A stretch of DNA of 64,000 bases. Origin: Candidatus Sumerlaeaceae bacterium (GTDB taxonomy: Bacteria > Sumerlaeota > Sumerlaeia > Sumerlaeales > Sumerlaeaceae). Location of the stretch: positions 64,001 to 128,000 of the forward strand of contig JBMFRB010000004.1 in NCBI GenBank assembly GCA_049968255.1. Direction: 5' to 3'. Positions 10,646 through 20,418 of this stretch are shown here, piece by piece; the stretch's first letter is position 1, and each line of letters starts with the position of its first letter. The translations under genes were made by a program, and so were the position numbers. The notes beneath the pieces are model-generated. The model saw only the letters and a program-made list of their open reading frames with translations, did not search any database and was not told where the DNA came from.

Positions 10646-10747
10646 TACTTACCCTCTTCAAAAAAGGTGCAACAGAATGTAAACGTATCCTTTTCCCCCA
10701 CACGCAAACGGGGAATCTCGTCAATTCTGATGCGAGTCACTAACCGT

Positions 10748-12637
10748 CTACTCCCACTTCAGCACAGCACCAGTGTCGGCGCTCGTGGCCATCGCCGCGT
10801 AGCGTCCGAGCCATCCCCGTCGCAGCTCCTCTGGCAATCGCGATTTCCATCCGCCGGCCATTGCGAGCTCCTCGCGCCGCTTCGCGATCTCTTCGTCGCT
10901 CAGCCGCACGTTGAGCTTACGATTGGGGATGTCGATCTCAATGATGTCACCATCGCGAACCACGCCAATCACGCCACCTGCCGCGGCCTCTGGCGAAACA
11001 TGCCCGATGCATGCACCGGCCGTGCCCCCGCTGAAGCGTCCGTCCGTCACCAGCGCGCATTTATCGCCCAGTCCCATGCCTTTGATGTACGAGGTAGGGG
11101 AGAGCATCTCCTGCATGCCAGGCCCGCCTTTAGGTCCCTCGTTGCGGATAACCACAACGTCGCCCGGCTTGACTTTGCCGCCGAGTATGCCCTTGCACGC
11201 ATCTTCCTGCGATTCAAACACGACCGCTGGCCCTGAATGCACCAGCATTTGAGGCACCACTCCAGCCGTTTTCACCACAGCTCCCCGTTCCGCCAGATTG
11301 CCGTAAAGAATCGTAAGTCCGCCCTCTTGCGAGTAAGCCTTATCCACCGGGCGAATCACATCGTAAGCATCGAACGGCTCCAGGTCTGCTGGCCGCTGCG
11401 CCATTTCCCCAACCGGTTCTTGCGCCACTTCTCCTTTTTTGCGGCCCTCGCGCAATCGTTGAGTTTCTGAATCCAGAAGCGCCACCACATCGTCGCGTGT
11501 TCGGCCCGTTGGCACGCTCCCGCGCTCCGCCAACCGATGCCCTTCTTCCGTGCATTCTGGCGCTCGGGGGGAGTACTTTCGGATGTTCCGTCCGAGCGTC
11601 TCGCCTGTGACCGTGAGGCAGTCTTCCTTGATGAGTCCCGGCCTTGCTTGCAACAACTCCCACAAGATCGTCATAATCCCACCGGCTCGCGCCACATCTT
11701 CCAGGTGGTATTTCGACGACGGCGCGACCTTGCAGATGTTCGGCGTCTTGCGCGACAGTTCGTTGATGCGCTCCATCGAATACGGCACCCCTGCTTCATG
11801 AGCGATCGCCAACACGTGCAGCAGAGTATTCGTCGAGCCCCCCATCGCCATGTCGAGAATCATAGCGTTGTCGAATGCCTCGAGCGTCGCAATGTCGCGC
11901 GGCTTGATATCGCGTTTCAGAAGCTCCATAATTTGAAACGCAGCTCGTCGGTACAAGCGCAGGCGCTCGCGGTTGGTGGCAAGGACTGTTCCGTTTCCCG
12001 GCAGCGCCATCCCCAAAGCTTCGCTCAGGCAATTCATGGAATTTGCCGTGAACATGCCCGAGCAAGATCCGCATGTTGGGCAGCCTTTGTCTTCGATTTC
12101 TTTGAACTGTTGTGCATCGATGGCCCCAACCTGTTGGGCACCTACGCCCTCGAACACACTCACCAGGTCCACGCTTTTGCCGCTTGTCAGGCGCCCCGCT
12201 TCCATTGGCCCGCCGCTTACGAAAATCGCAGGAATGTTGACGCGCATGGCTCCCATCAACATGCCCGGCACGATCTTGTCGCAATTGGGGATACAAATCA
12301 CGGCATCAAAGCAATGCGCCCGCAGCATCGTCTCCACGCAGTCTGCGATAAGCTCACGCGAGGGCAGGGAGTACTTCATCCCGGTGTGGCCCATTGCGAT
12401 GCCGTCGTCCACCCCGATCGTATTGAAGATAAATGGCACGCCGCCCGCAGCACGCACGCATTCCGCAATATATTCGCCAACTTCCTTGAGGTGCACGTGC
12501 CCCGGCACGATATCTGTGTACGAGTTCGCGATCGCGATGAAGGGTTTGTTCATATCCTCGTCGCGAACACCAGTAGCCTTCAGTAACGAACGATGCGGGG
12601 CCCGCTCAGGCCCCTTCTTGATCATATCGCTACGCAT
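10748..12637 (-). CDS. ilvD: dihydroxy-acid dehydratase
   Basis: [53 protein letters not shown]. Confidence 0.97.
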   Translation of the reverse strand: MRSDMIKKGPERAPHRSLLKATGVRDEDMNKPFIAIANSYTDIVPGHVHLKEVGEYIAECVRAAGGVPFIFNTIGVDDGIAMGHTGMKYSLPSRELIADCVETMLRAHCFDAVICIPNCDKIVPGMLMGAMRVNIPAIFVSGGPMEAGRLTSGKSVDLVSVFEGVGAQQVGAIDAQQFKEIEDKGCPTCGSCSGMFTANSMNCLSEALGMALPGNGTVLATNRERLRLYRRAAFQIMELLKRDIKPRDIATLEAFDNAMILDMAMGGSTNTLLHVLAIAHEAGVPYSMERINELSRKTPNICKVAPSSKYHLEDVARAGGIMTILWELLQARPGLIKEDCLTVTGETLGRNIRKYSPRAPECTEEGHRLAERGSVPTGRTRDDVVALLDSETQRLREGRKKGEVAQEPVGEMAQRPADLEPFDAYDVIRPVDKAYSQEGGLTILYGNLAERGAVVKTAGVVPQMLVHSGPAVVFESQEDACKGILGGKVKPGDVVVIRNEGPKGGPGMQEMLSPTSYIKGMGLGDKCALVTDGRFSGGTAGACIGHVSPEAAAGGVIGVVRDGDIIEIDIPNRKLNVRLSDEEIAKRREELAMAGGWKSRLPEELRRGWLGRYAAMATSADTGAVLKWE

Positions 12638-12693
12638 GGCATAGTCGTCCTTTCATTGTTCCTTCACGATGCTAAGATCAAAAACTGGTCCGG

Positions 12694-13932
12694 CTAGGAT
12701 TTCTTCGCGCTTGCGCTGCGACCCTTCTTGGTCTCTGAGGATTTCGCCCCGGTCAGCGGCGCGTTCTTCTTCGTGGAAGACTTGCTTCCTGCAGATTGCG
12801 ACTTTTTGGCACTTGCGGCCGATTGCTTTACGCTGGTTTGTGCTTTCGCCCGAGAATTGTTCGATGCCTTCACCGCGCTAGCAATTCTGCGCGAAGACGT
12901 TGCCTCAGCCACTTCACTCGTTGCTTTGGCTGAACGACGACTACCCCCGCCAATGTCTCGGCGACTAATCACTCGGCCTGTGGCATCGTATGTCACTTCC
13001 TCGTAGCGACGTCCGAAAAGCGAGCGTTTCTCGACCACGCGCTTGCGCACAATGGATGCATCGGCGACAGCCTGCGCAGCTTCGGCCTGATCATCAAGCG
13101 GGGCAAAAATACTCGTGAAATCCACACTGACGTTTCGCGTCGCGCGAAAATAATTGAGAATCCCCGTCGCAATCGCCTTGGCCTCGAGCTTGTTGTAGGC
13201 TAGAGACGTCAGGCGCACATCCTCCTCGGGATTGCTCAGGAACGATGCCTCAACCAAAGCCGTAGGCATCTTGGCTTTCTTCAGAATTCGGTACGAACCA
13301 GGCTTGGCCCCCGCGCACTGCGTGCCCAAATAGCGCGATACCGCTGAGGCGATATTGTCTGCCAGCGGCGCCGCCGAAGCCATGGCATTTGGATAGAAAA
13401 CGAGTGTATAGTTCGTCGCACGGTCGCTTGACTCGTTGTGGTGAATGCTAATGAAGAGATCGGAATTTGTCGAGTTAGCAAGATTAGGACGAAAGTCGAG
13501 TTCGTCTTGTTTGGTCCCGCAATTCGTACAGCGGTCGTCAGTAGTTCGCGTCATTACCACGTCCGCTCCTGCAGCTTCCAAATAATGGCGCAGAAGCAGC
13601 GCAACGCGAAGATTCACGTCGCTCTCAGTCTGTCCCGTGACGACGCCACGCGTGCCCCCCGTGTAAAGGATCTTATCCCACTTCTCTTGCCCGCCGTGGC
13701 CGGGATCTAGGCAAATCCGAATGCCGTCGAGCGGCTTATGCGCCGTCGCATAGCTGCTTATAGGCGCCCGGCTTGGAGCTGCGACAACCGGAGCCGAAGC
13801 TTGGGGCTGAAGCAAGACCAACTCTTTTTTGGGCTGAACAGTCTGAGGCGCCACGCGTGGCGTCGGCACCATGAGTGGCAGAAGCATTCCCACCGCCACC
13901 GCTCCAGCGAGCACTACCTTCCACAATCGCAT
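12694..13932 (-). CDS. N-acetylmuramoyl-L-alanine amidase (Amidase_3) with N-terminal signal/anchor and basic tail
   Basis: LDPGHGG, E in TESDVNL, ISIHHN, LVEASFLSN: Zn ligands and catalytic Glu present. Confidence 0.9.
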   Translation of the reverse strand: MRLWKVVLAGAVAVGMLLPLMVPTPRVAPQTVQPKKELVLLQPQASAPVVAAPSRAPISSYATAHKPLDGIRICLDPGHGGQEKWDKILYTGGTRGVVTGQTESDVNLRVALLLRHYLEAAGADVVMTRTTDDRCTNCGTKQDELDFRPNLANSTNSDLFISIHHNESSDRATNYTLVFYPNAMASAAPLADNIASAVSRYLGTQCAGAKPGSYRILKKAKMPTALVEASFLSNPEEDVRLTSLAYNKLEAKAIATGILNYFRATRNVSVDFTSIFAPLDDQAEAAQAVADASIVRKRVVEKRSLFGRRYEEVTYDATGRVISRRDIGGGSRRSAKATSEVAEATSSRRIASAVKASNNSRAKAQTSVKQSAASAKKSQSAGSKSSTKKNAPLTGAKSSETKKGRSASAKKS

Positions 13933-14007
13933 GGCTAAAAAATCCTCACAAATCCATATCCTGTACTCAACACTCGTTTGCCCTTCTATTTGTGGTGGGT
14001 AGATCTG

Positions 14008-15138
14008 TCAACCCTTTAGCGACACCCTGCGCTCTTTTTCTATTCGTTCCCAATGCCAGCAGCGCGCCTGGTGCTCATCGCCCACCTTCATCAGATCAGG
14101 CACCTCTTGGCGGCATTCTTCCGTAGCAAATTCGCATCTCGGATGGAAGCGACAACCGGGCGGAAAGTGTTGCGGGTCAGGCACACTTCCGGGGATTGTG
14201 TAAAGTTTCCTGCGGCTCGCAAAATCATCAATCGTTGGCAACGATCGCAAAAGCCCTTGCGTATACGGATGGAGCGGCCGATCGAACAGTTCCTGCAGCC
14301 GTCCAATTTCCACGATCTGCCCCGCGTACATGATCGCGACACGGTCGCACAACTCGGCCACAATCCCCATGTCATGCGTAATGAGCAAAACCGATGAGCG
14401 GTACTCGCCAGCTAGGCGTTCGAGAAGCGCGAGAATCTGCGCTTGCACCGTCACATCCAAAGCCGTGGTTGGCTCATCTGCAATTAAGAGGTCAGGATTG
14501 CACGCAAGTGCCATCGCGATCATCGCACGTTGACGCATTCCTCCGCTCATTTGATGCGGATAGTCATGCGCGCGGCGGCTTGCCTCCGGGATTTGGACCT
14601 TTTCCAACAACCGCACAGTTTCGCCAAACGCTTCACGCCTGCTCAGCCCTCGATGAATTCGCAAAACCTCCGCAATCTGGTCACCCACCGTGTGCAATGG
14701 ATTCAATGCGCTCATCGGCTCTTGAAAAACCATCGCCAGCCGGTCGCCTCGCAACCGCCGTATTTCGGGTTCGCTCAGCGCAAGCAGGTTCCTCCCATCG
14801 TAAAAAACTTCGCCTTCCGTGATTCGCGCTGGTGGTGTCGGCAACAGCCGCATAATCGAAAGCGCGGTAACGGATTTACCACATCCGGATTCACCTACGA
14901 GCCCGAGCTTCTCGCCACGCCCAAGAGCAAAGCTCACTCCCTCCACTGGGCGGATTGTGCCATCCAGCGTCTCAAACTGCACAGTCAATTGCCGCACCTC
15001 CAACAGCGGGCGTGCATTGGGGAGGCGTAAGGCGTCGTTGGCGTCAGGTGCATGTGCTGCACGGATGGACATATGATCTGCACTCATTCGTTTTCTGGTT
15101 TCCACTTGCCAATTGTCCAGATCTATCAAGCCGCTCAT
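14008..15138 (-). CDS. oligopeptide/dipeptide ABC transporter ATP-binding subunit (OppD/DppD-like)
   Basis: GESGCGKS, MSGGMRQR, DEPTT, HPYT, GCRFHPRC; exact start uncertain. Confidence 0.92.
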   Translation of the reverse strand: MSGLIDLDNWQVETRKRMSADHMSIRAAHAPDANDALRLPNARPLLEVRQLTVQFETLDGTIRPVEGVSFALGRGEKLGLVGESGCGKSVTALSIMRLLPTPPARITEGEVFYDGRNLLALSEPEIRRLRGDRLAMVFQEPMSALNPLHTVGDQIAEVLRIHRGLSRREAFGETVRLLEKVQIPEASRRAHDYPHQMSGGMRQRAMIAMALACNPDLLIADEPTTALDVTVQAQILALLERLAGEYRSSVLLITHDMGIVAELCDRVAIMYAGQIVEIGRLQELFDRPLHPYTQGLLRSLPTIDDFASRRKLYTIPGSVPDPQHFPPGCRFHPRCEFATEECRQEVPDLMKVGDEHQARCWHWERIEKERRVSLKG

Positions 15139-15881
15139 CGATGGCCGAAGAGCGCCGTCCCCAGACGCACAATTGTCGCGCCTTCCTCCACCGCTACTTC
15201 GTAATCATTTGTCATTCCCATCGAAAGTTCCTCTCCCCGAAAGTTCGGCGCATCGCAAAACCCCACTTTCAACCGGTCGCGAATGTCCCGCAGATGCCGG
15301 AAATAGGGCCGGGTCTCGAGTGGATCATCAAGGAAAGGCGCCATGGTCATGAATCCTTCGACAACCAGATGCGGGCACTGTTCCACGATATGACCTACCA
15401 GAAGCTCTGTATTGTCCGGAGCCACACCAGACTTTGTGCTTTCGCCCGATACGTTCACCTGAATGAGAATTGGCAACTCGCGCTCCGCGCGCGCGGCATA
15501 TTTTTCAAGCTCATCGGCAAGCTTGGCGGAATCGACGGAGTGGATCAAATCGAAGAGAGCCACCGCTTGCTTAGATTTGTTCGTCTGCAGGTGCCCAATG
15601 AGATGAAATTTGCAGCCATCCACTCGTGCGTTCGGTAGCAAAGTGCAAAGCATCGGGAATTTGCTAGCAGCTTCCTGCACACGATTTTCACCGAATTCTC
15701 GCAGACCCGCCTTCCACGCCGCGATCATGGCGTCAACGGGATGCGTCTTCGTGACCGCGACAATCCGCACCGCGCCAGCTTCGCGACCGCTGCGTTGGCA
15801 TGCTGCCTCGATCCGTGCCTTGATTTCGGCCAATCGTTCCCTCAGAGCTACTGCGCTATAACGGTTCACCACTTCCATCAT
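15135..15881 (-). CDS. yggS: YggS/PLPBP pyridoxal-phosphate homeostasis protein
   Basis: VAVTK, FGENRVQE, HLIGHLQTNK, LSMGM, VRLGTALFG. Confidence 0.95.
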   Translation of the reverse strand: MMEVVNRYSAVALRERLAEIKARIEAACQRSGREAGAVRIVAVTKTHPVDAMIAAWKAGLREFGENRVQEAASKFPMLCTLLPNARVDGCKFHLIGHLQTNKSKQAVALFDLIHSVDSAKLADELEKYAARAERELPILIQVNVSGESTKSGVAPDNTELLVGHIVEQCPHLVVEGFMTMAPFLDDPLETRPYFRHLRDIRDRLKVGFCDAPNFRGEELSMGMTNDYEVAVEEGATIVRLGTALFGHR

Positions 15882-16006
15882 CCCCGATTTGTTCGTCTTT
15901 TACCTTTGCGCCTCACGTTTGCCAGATGACTTATCGGTAGCGGTCATGAACGTTTCTACACATAAATTTACGCCATAGTGTCGATTTGCAAGTTGCGGAG
16001 GCGAGC

Positions 16007-16825
16007 ATGGATCTGCAGATGAAAAAAATTAGCTTCATTGGGGCTGGTCATATGGCCCGCGCAATCGCAGGAGGAATCATTAGCAAGGGAATCGTCGCGG
16101 CGCAAAACGTGTGCGCGTCAGATGTAAATCCGCAGCAACGCGAAGAATTCGAGCGTGTGACTGGAGCGCGGACTGTAGCCAAAAATATCTCCGCTGTCTC
16201 CGCTGGCGACGTAATCGTTCTAGCGGTCAAGCCGTTTCACGTGGCTGGCGTATGTGAGGAAATTCGGCAAGGTCTAGAATCGCGTCACCTTGTCGTCTCC
16301 ATCTGCGCCGGAATTACTACATCTTATCTCCAACAACATCTTACACCCGACGTGCGCGTGGTGCGAGCCATGCCCAACACACCAGCCCTCATTGGTTGTG
16401 GGGCCACAGCGGTGGCGGGCGGGGAACATGCTTCTGCCGAGGACATTGCGACAGCGCTCGAGCTATTTAACGCTGTGGGTGTTGCGATCCAGCTGCCCGA
16501 GGACAAGCTCGATCTTGTCACAGGGCTTAGCGGAAGCGGTCCCGCTTACGTCTTCTACTTTGCGGAATCGCTTATTGCTGCCGCGGAAAAACTCGGGCTT
16601 GGTCGTTGGGAAGCAGAGCTGTTGGTCAAACACACTCTTCATGGCGCTGCTCGTCTGGCTCTTGAAACCGATAGAACTCTTGCCGAGTTGCGGGCAGCGG
16701 TTACAACAAAAGGAGGCACCACCGAAGCGGGGCTGCGCGCGCTTGACGAGTTCGGTTTCTCGCGAACGATCGAAGAGTGCGTTGCTGCCGCCATGCGTCG
16801 GAGCCGTGAACTTGCAGCCCAGTAA
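16007..16825 (+). CDS. proC: pyrroline-5-carboxylate reductase
   Basis: GAGHM, LAVKP, RAMPN, SGSGPAY, TKGGTT; GGAGG RBS before ATG 16007. Confidence 0.95.
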   Translation: MDLQMKKISFIGAGHMARAIAGGIISKGIVAAQNVCASDVNPQQREEFERVTGARTVAKNISAVSAGDVIVLAVKPFHVAGVCEEIRQGLESRHLVVSICAGITTSYLQQHLTPDVRVVRAMPNTPALIGCGATAVAGGEHASAEDIATALELFNAVGVAIQLPEDKLDLVTGLSGSGPAYVFYFAESLIAAAEKLGLGRWEAELLVKHTLHGAARLALETDRTLAELRAAVTTKGGTTEAGLRALDEFGFSRTIEECVAAAMRRSRELAAQ

Positions 16826-16880
16826 GCAATTGCGGCGGGCCGAAATGAGCCAAACTTTCTGTTGTATCCATTTCCAGCGC

Positions 16881-16970
16881 GGTGGGATGGCCGAGTGGTT
16901 TAAGGCAGCGGTCTTGAAAACCGCCAGGGGCGCAAGCTCCTCGTAGGTTCGAATCCTACTCCCACCGCCA
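16881..16970 (+). tRNA. tRNA-Ser(TGA)
   Basis: Acceptor stem GGTGGGA/TCCCACC plus G-CCA end; anticodon arm GCGGT-CTTGAAA-ACCGC; long variable arm; T arm GTTCGAATC. Confidence 0.97.
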
Positions 16971-16989
16971 TCTTCTTGAGGATTGCACC

Positions 16990-17232
16990 ATGACCCTCAA
17001 CGATCTCCTTCGTTGGCGACACCAAAATGCTCCTCGCGTTCTGAAGTTCATCAAACAGCATCGCGAAGTCGCTGGCGTTCATTACATGGTTGCAGAGGAC
17101 GGTTCTGCCTACATTGAGTTTGTCATTAAGCCTTGGGGCGATCTCGATCTTCTCGTGTCAGAAGTAAATCTTGCCTTTCCCGACGTGGAATGCCGAGTAT
17201 CAGAGCCCGACGACGATCTGTTCGAGATCTAA
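16990..17232 (+). CDS. small hypothetical protein, possibly RAM/ACT-like fold
   Basis: GAGG RBS; 80 aa of protein-like composition; fills the gap between the tRNA and a terminator. Confidence 0.6.
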   Translation: MTLNDLLRWRHQNAPRVLKFIKQHREVAGVHYMVAEDGSAYIEFVIKPWGDLDLLVSEVNLAFPDVECRVSEPDDDLFEI

Positions 17233-17268
17233 AAAATTGAAGGCGACGGCGCGGAGCCGTCGCCCTTC
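17231..17268 (-). terminator. intrinsic terminator between convergent genes
   Basis: GGCGACGGC-gcgga-GCCGTCGCC stem with an upstream A6 run (U-tract on the minus strand). Confidence 0.7.
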
Positions 17269-17294
17269 TCCCACATGACTTTGACGGTTAGCGA

Positions 17295-19223
17295 TCAGTA
17301 GCCCTCAGCTGGATTCACCCCATATTTTGCTGCAGGATTTGCCCATCGCACAAGCTTCTTATTTTTGCCCTTGATGAGCACATCGCGCCGTGCCGCGTGT
17401 TCGTTCTCGCTTTGCAGCGAGGTGCGTAGTCGCTCGCGCACTTGCTCGTAAGGCGGGACCTCGCCTTCCCAACGTTCCTCAAGTTTCACAATTACGAACG
17501 TGTTGCCAAACTGGCGAACTTCGCTGAGCTCACCGGCCTTCAACCAACTAGCCACAGCACCAAACATGCGCCCAGCAGGATCATTGAGGTGCGCCAGCAC
17601 CGAGCGTTCCACTAATCCACCCGAAGAGGCGCGGTTATCTTCCGAAAGTTCCCGCGCTAACTTCTCGATATTCTCGCCAGCCAAAATGCGCTTACGAATT
17701 TCTTCAGCTTTGCGCTTAGCAGCCTGACGCGCCTCATCCAGCGACATGCCTGCGCTGGTGGGTTTGGCATTGATGCTAATAATATAGCCTCGCCCTTCTG
17801 GCAAGCGCATAAGGTCTTTGCGCTGTTCGTAAGTTTTTTTGATGAGCTCTTCGGTCACCGGAAAACTCTCAGCCGTATAAGCGGCAAACACTTTTTTCAT
17901 GTGCGCCCGCTTACTGGCCCACTCCAGATCCCGGGCCACGCGCGGATCTTTATCCACGCCTTCCTCCAACGCCCAATGGATGGCCGCAAGCTCATTCACC
18001 ACTTCGTCGAAAAGCATGGCCAAGGTTTCGGTGCTTTGCGAACGCGCGCGATAAGCCGCAGTAAACCGTGGGCCGTAAACCTCTTCAAGTTGTCGCAACG
18101 ACCACGTGCGGTCCTTGATTTTCACCGCGGGCACATCACTCGTGAGGCTGTCAGCTTTTGTCACATCGAACAGCACTTTTGCTCCAAGTTTTTCTTTCAT
18201 TGCTTTCACGCCATCTTGCCACTTCTGACGAACCATTTGCAGCTGAAGCGAACGCGGCAGGATGCGGCTCGTGATAAGCTCATCGGTCGTCGGAACGTAG
18301 GTCGTTAGACGGTCGGCACAATACATCAAATGCAAGCCGTGGCTCGTTTCCAGAATATCCGACACCTGCCCCGGCTTTAGGTTGAACAATGCATTCTCCA
18401 GCACGATGTTCATTGGCTTAGCTTCTGGACCGATCGGCATACGCCGAGAAATCCAGCCGATATCGCCGCCGGTCTTGCCGCTTGCAGCTTCGGAGTACTT
18501 CCGGGCCAACTGCGCAAACGACGTTCCCTCATCAGCGAGTTTTTTCACTTCGGCCATTCGTTGCCGCACGGCTTCGGCGCTGCTTGTGGGCACGTCCTTT
18601 GATATTTGCATGAAAAGATGAAAGGCATGGACCTGCTCGGGGCGCGCAAAACGATTTGCATTCTCGCGCGTCCAAACGTCCATCTCGGCCTTTGTCGGCG
18701 AAGTCTCATTCTCGAGCTTCATCCTCAGGCCTTGTTTGAGAATAGCCAGCTCTTGAAACGTCGTATAAGGAAAAGGCACCTCTGGCTTTGTGACTTTTCT
18801 CGCGATGTCAGGAATAACATCGTCGATAATCTCCTGTAGGACAAAGTCCTGCAAAAGGTCATGCTGACGCTTCTCGCTCGCTCCGCCCCCTTCAAGGTAA
18901 TCCACCAGACTGCAATAGGTGGTGAAGGTGTCCTCCCGCAATTCCTTGCCTTTGACCACGGCGAGAAGGAATTGGCCTGGCTTGCCAGTGTCTGGCAATG
19001 GTTTATCAGGAAGGGAGGGGGTTCGCGACGCTGCTGCAGTGGTCGTGCCCCCTTTTTCGGCAAGCACACTCTCGGCTCTTTTCGTCGGTCTCTTTGGGGG
19101 GCTTGTTTTTGATTCTGCTGCGCCACTGATGCTAGGGACAGCCATCAGCGAAACCATTGCTCCAAAAACAAGCGAACTCACATGCTTGGATGCAGTCACG
19201 GCGATACCTGTCCATTTACTCAT
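17295..19223 (-). CDS. exported peptidyl-prolyl isomerase/chaperone with two parvulin domains (SurA/PrsA-like)
   Basis: Signal peptide; SFAQLARKYSE..SGKTGGDIGW, GQVSDILETSHGLH; second domain LARELSED..SSGG, GELSEV. Confidence 0.85.
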   Translation of the reverse strand: MSKWTGIAVTASKHVSSLVFGAMVSLMAVPSISGAAESKTSPPKRPTKRAESVLAEKGGTTTAAASRTPSLPDKPLPDTGKPGQFLLAVVKGKELREDTFTTYCSLVDYLEGGGASEKRQHDLLQDFVLQEIIDDVIPDIARKVTKPEVPFPYTTFQELAILKQGLRMKLENETSPTKAEMDVWTRENANRFARPEQVHAFHLFMQISKDVPTSSAEAVRQRMAEVKKLADEGTSFAQLARKYSEAASGKTGGDIGWISRRMPIGPEAKPMNIVLENALFNLKPGQVSDILETSHGLHLMYCADRLTTYVPTTDELITSRILPRSLQLQMVRQKWQDGVKAMKEKLGAKVLFDVTKADSLTSDVPAVKIKDRTWSLRQLEEVYGPRFTAAYRARSQSTETLAMLFDEVVNELAAIHWALEEGVDKDPRVARDLEWASKRAHMKKVFAAYTAESFPVTEELIKKTYEQRKDLMRLPEGRGYIISINAKPTSAGMSLDEARQAAKRKAEEIRKRILAGENIEKLARELSEDNRASSGGLVERSVLAHLNDPAGRMFGAVASWLKAGELSEVRQFGNTFVIVKLEERWEGEVPPYEQVRERLRTSLQSENEHAARRDVLIKGKNKKLVRWANPAAKYGVNPAEGY

Positions 19224-19258
19224 GAGCTGTTTCTCCTTCCTTGGGCAAGAATGTTGAG

Positions 19259-20314
19259 TCAGCTTCGCTTTGTTCTGGGGCGTTTTGCTGATGATTTCCT
19301 CGTTCTCTTTTGGGATTGGCTCGGGCTTTTCGTCGAAGTTGTTTTGGTTTTTTCCGCTCGCTTCAGAGATGCTGCAGTTGACATCTCAGAAACAGCCCGC
19401 CGTTTTTTCGCTGCCTCTTCTCTTATACTCTTGGTTTGCTTTGCTGTGGTTGCTGCCCTGCGCGACCGCCTAGCCTTCTCCGGCTCGTTTTGTGCAGATT
19501 TACGCGGACGCCCACGCTTTCGTGGCGTTGCTGGTGCGGCCTGTTCAGCTGTCACAGTCTTTCGCGGACGTCCCCTCTTGCGTGGTGTTGCCGTGAATGT
19601 TTCCGTCTTGGGCTGCGGGCTCTTTGGCGGGCGTCCGCGACGCCGCTTCGGCGCAGCTTCTACCTCTAACGATTCTTCTTGTGTGATGTTTTTCGCAGGT
19701 TTGCGTTGCTCTGTTTCCGACACTTCCTCGGGGGGCTCTTGCGTCTCCGGCTCGATGTCCTCCGTGGTCGGTTCTGCAGGTTGGCTTGTCCATTCTTCGG
19801 GCGGGATACGGATAAAGTCCGTTTCTACGAGCTTCTCGAGAGCGGCCTTTAGCTGTTCGAAGACGCGTTTGAACGTGTCCATCGTCCCCCCCATAGGATC
19901 AGGGATCTGAACGTCCTTGCCTTGGTAGCCCACGTATTCCTTAAGAAGAAACGTTTTTTCCCGCGCCCCTTCGTCGTCGTGGATCTCCTTATACTCGCGA
20001 ATCGCTTTCTGCACGTGCAGCGACGACATGCCAAGAACTAGGTCGGCCTCCTCAAGCATGTGCACCTTCATTGGGCGTGAGCGATGACGGCTGATATCTA
20101 CCCCTTCCTCTCTCAGAAGCTGTTCCGCCTCCGGAGTTGGTAAGAGACCCGTCGGCGTCATCACCCCCGCGGTTGAAATCTCGATCCAGTCAATCCCCCG
20201 TTCGTGTAAGAGCTTCCTGAGGTACCCTTCTGCCATCGGACACCGACAGTTATCACCCGTGTCGAGCAGCAACAACTTCTTCTTGCGAACTCCACGCGTT
20301 TGCTGGTTGTTCAA
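19259..20314 (-). CDS. LMW-PTP/YwlE-like domain with non-canonical P-loop, fused to an AT-hook/histone-like tail
   Basis: DTGDNCRCPMAE (canonical CTGNxCRSPMAE), STAG, SRHRSR, ADLVLGM, IPDPMGG; tail RRGRPPK and 2x RKRGRPRK; GGAGG RBS then TTG at 20314. Confidence 0.85.
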   Translation of the reverse strand: MNNQQTRGVRKKKLLLLDTGDNCRCPMAEGYLRKLLHERGIDWIEISTAGVMTPTGLLPTPEAEQLLREEGVDISRHRSRPMKVHMLEEADLVLGMSSLHVQKAIREYKEIHDDEGAREKTFLLKEYVGYQGKDVQIPDPMGGTMDTFKRVFEQLKAALEKLVETDFIRIPPEEWTSQPAEPTTEDIEPETQEPPEEVSETEQRKPAKNITQEESLEVEAAPKRRRGRPPKSPQPKTETFTATPRKRGRPRKTVTAEQAAPATPRKRGRPRKSAQNEPEKARRSRRAATTAKQTKSIREEAAKKRRAVSEMSTAASLKRAEKTKTTSTKSPSQSQKRTRKSSAKRPRTKRS

Positions 20315-20418
20315 GCTCTTTGCCTCCAATAAAAAAATCACAATAACTGATCTTAGCAAGATCATCGCGAAGCCGACATGGCCCCGCGCAAGGATTTTTT
20401 ACGTGGAGGACGAAAAAA

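Noticed and set aside
11537-12586. 349-aa antisense ORF (likewise 22154-23020, 37091-38011, 60075-60833)
   Set aside because: Opposite well-supported genes and without recognisable domains
16881-17300. tRNA-Ser as an integration site
   Set aside because: No integrase, and I saw no duplicate of the tRNA 3' end in the window
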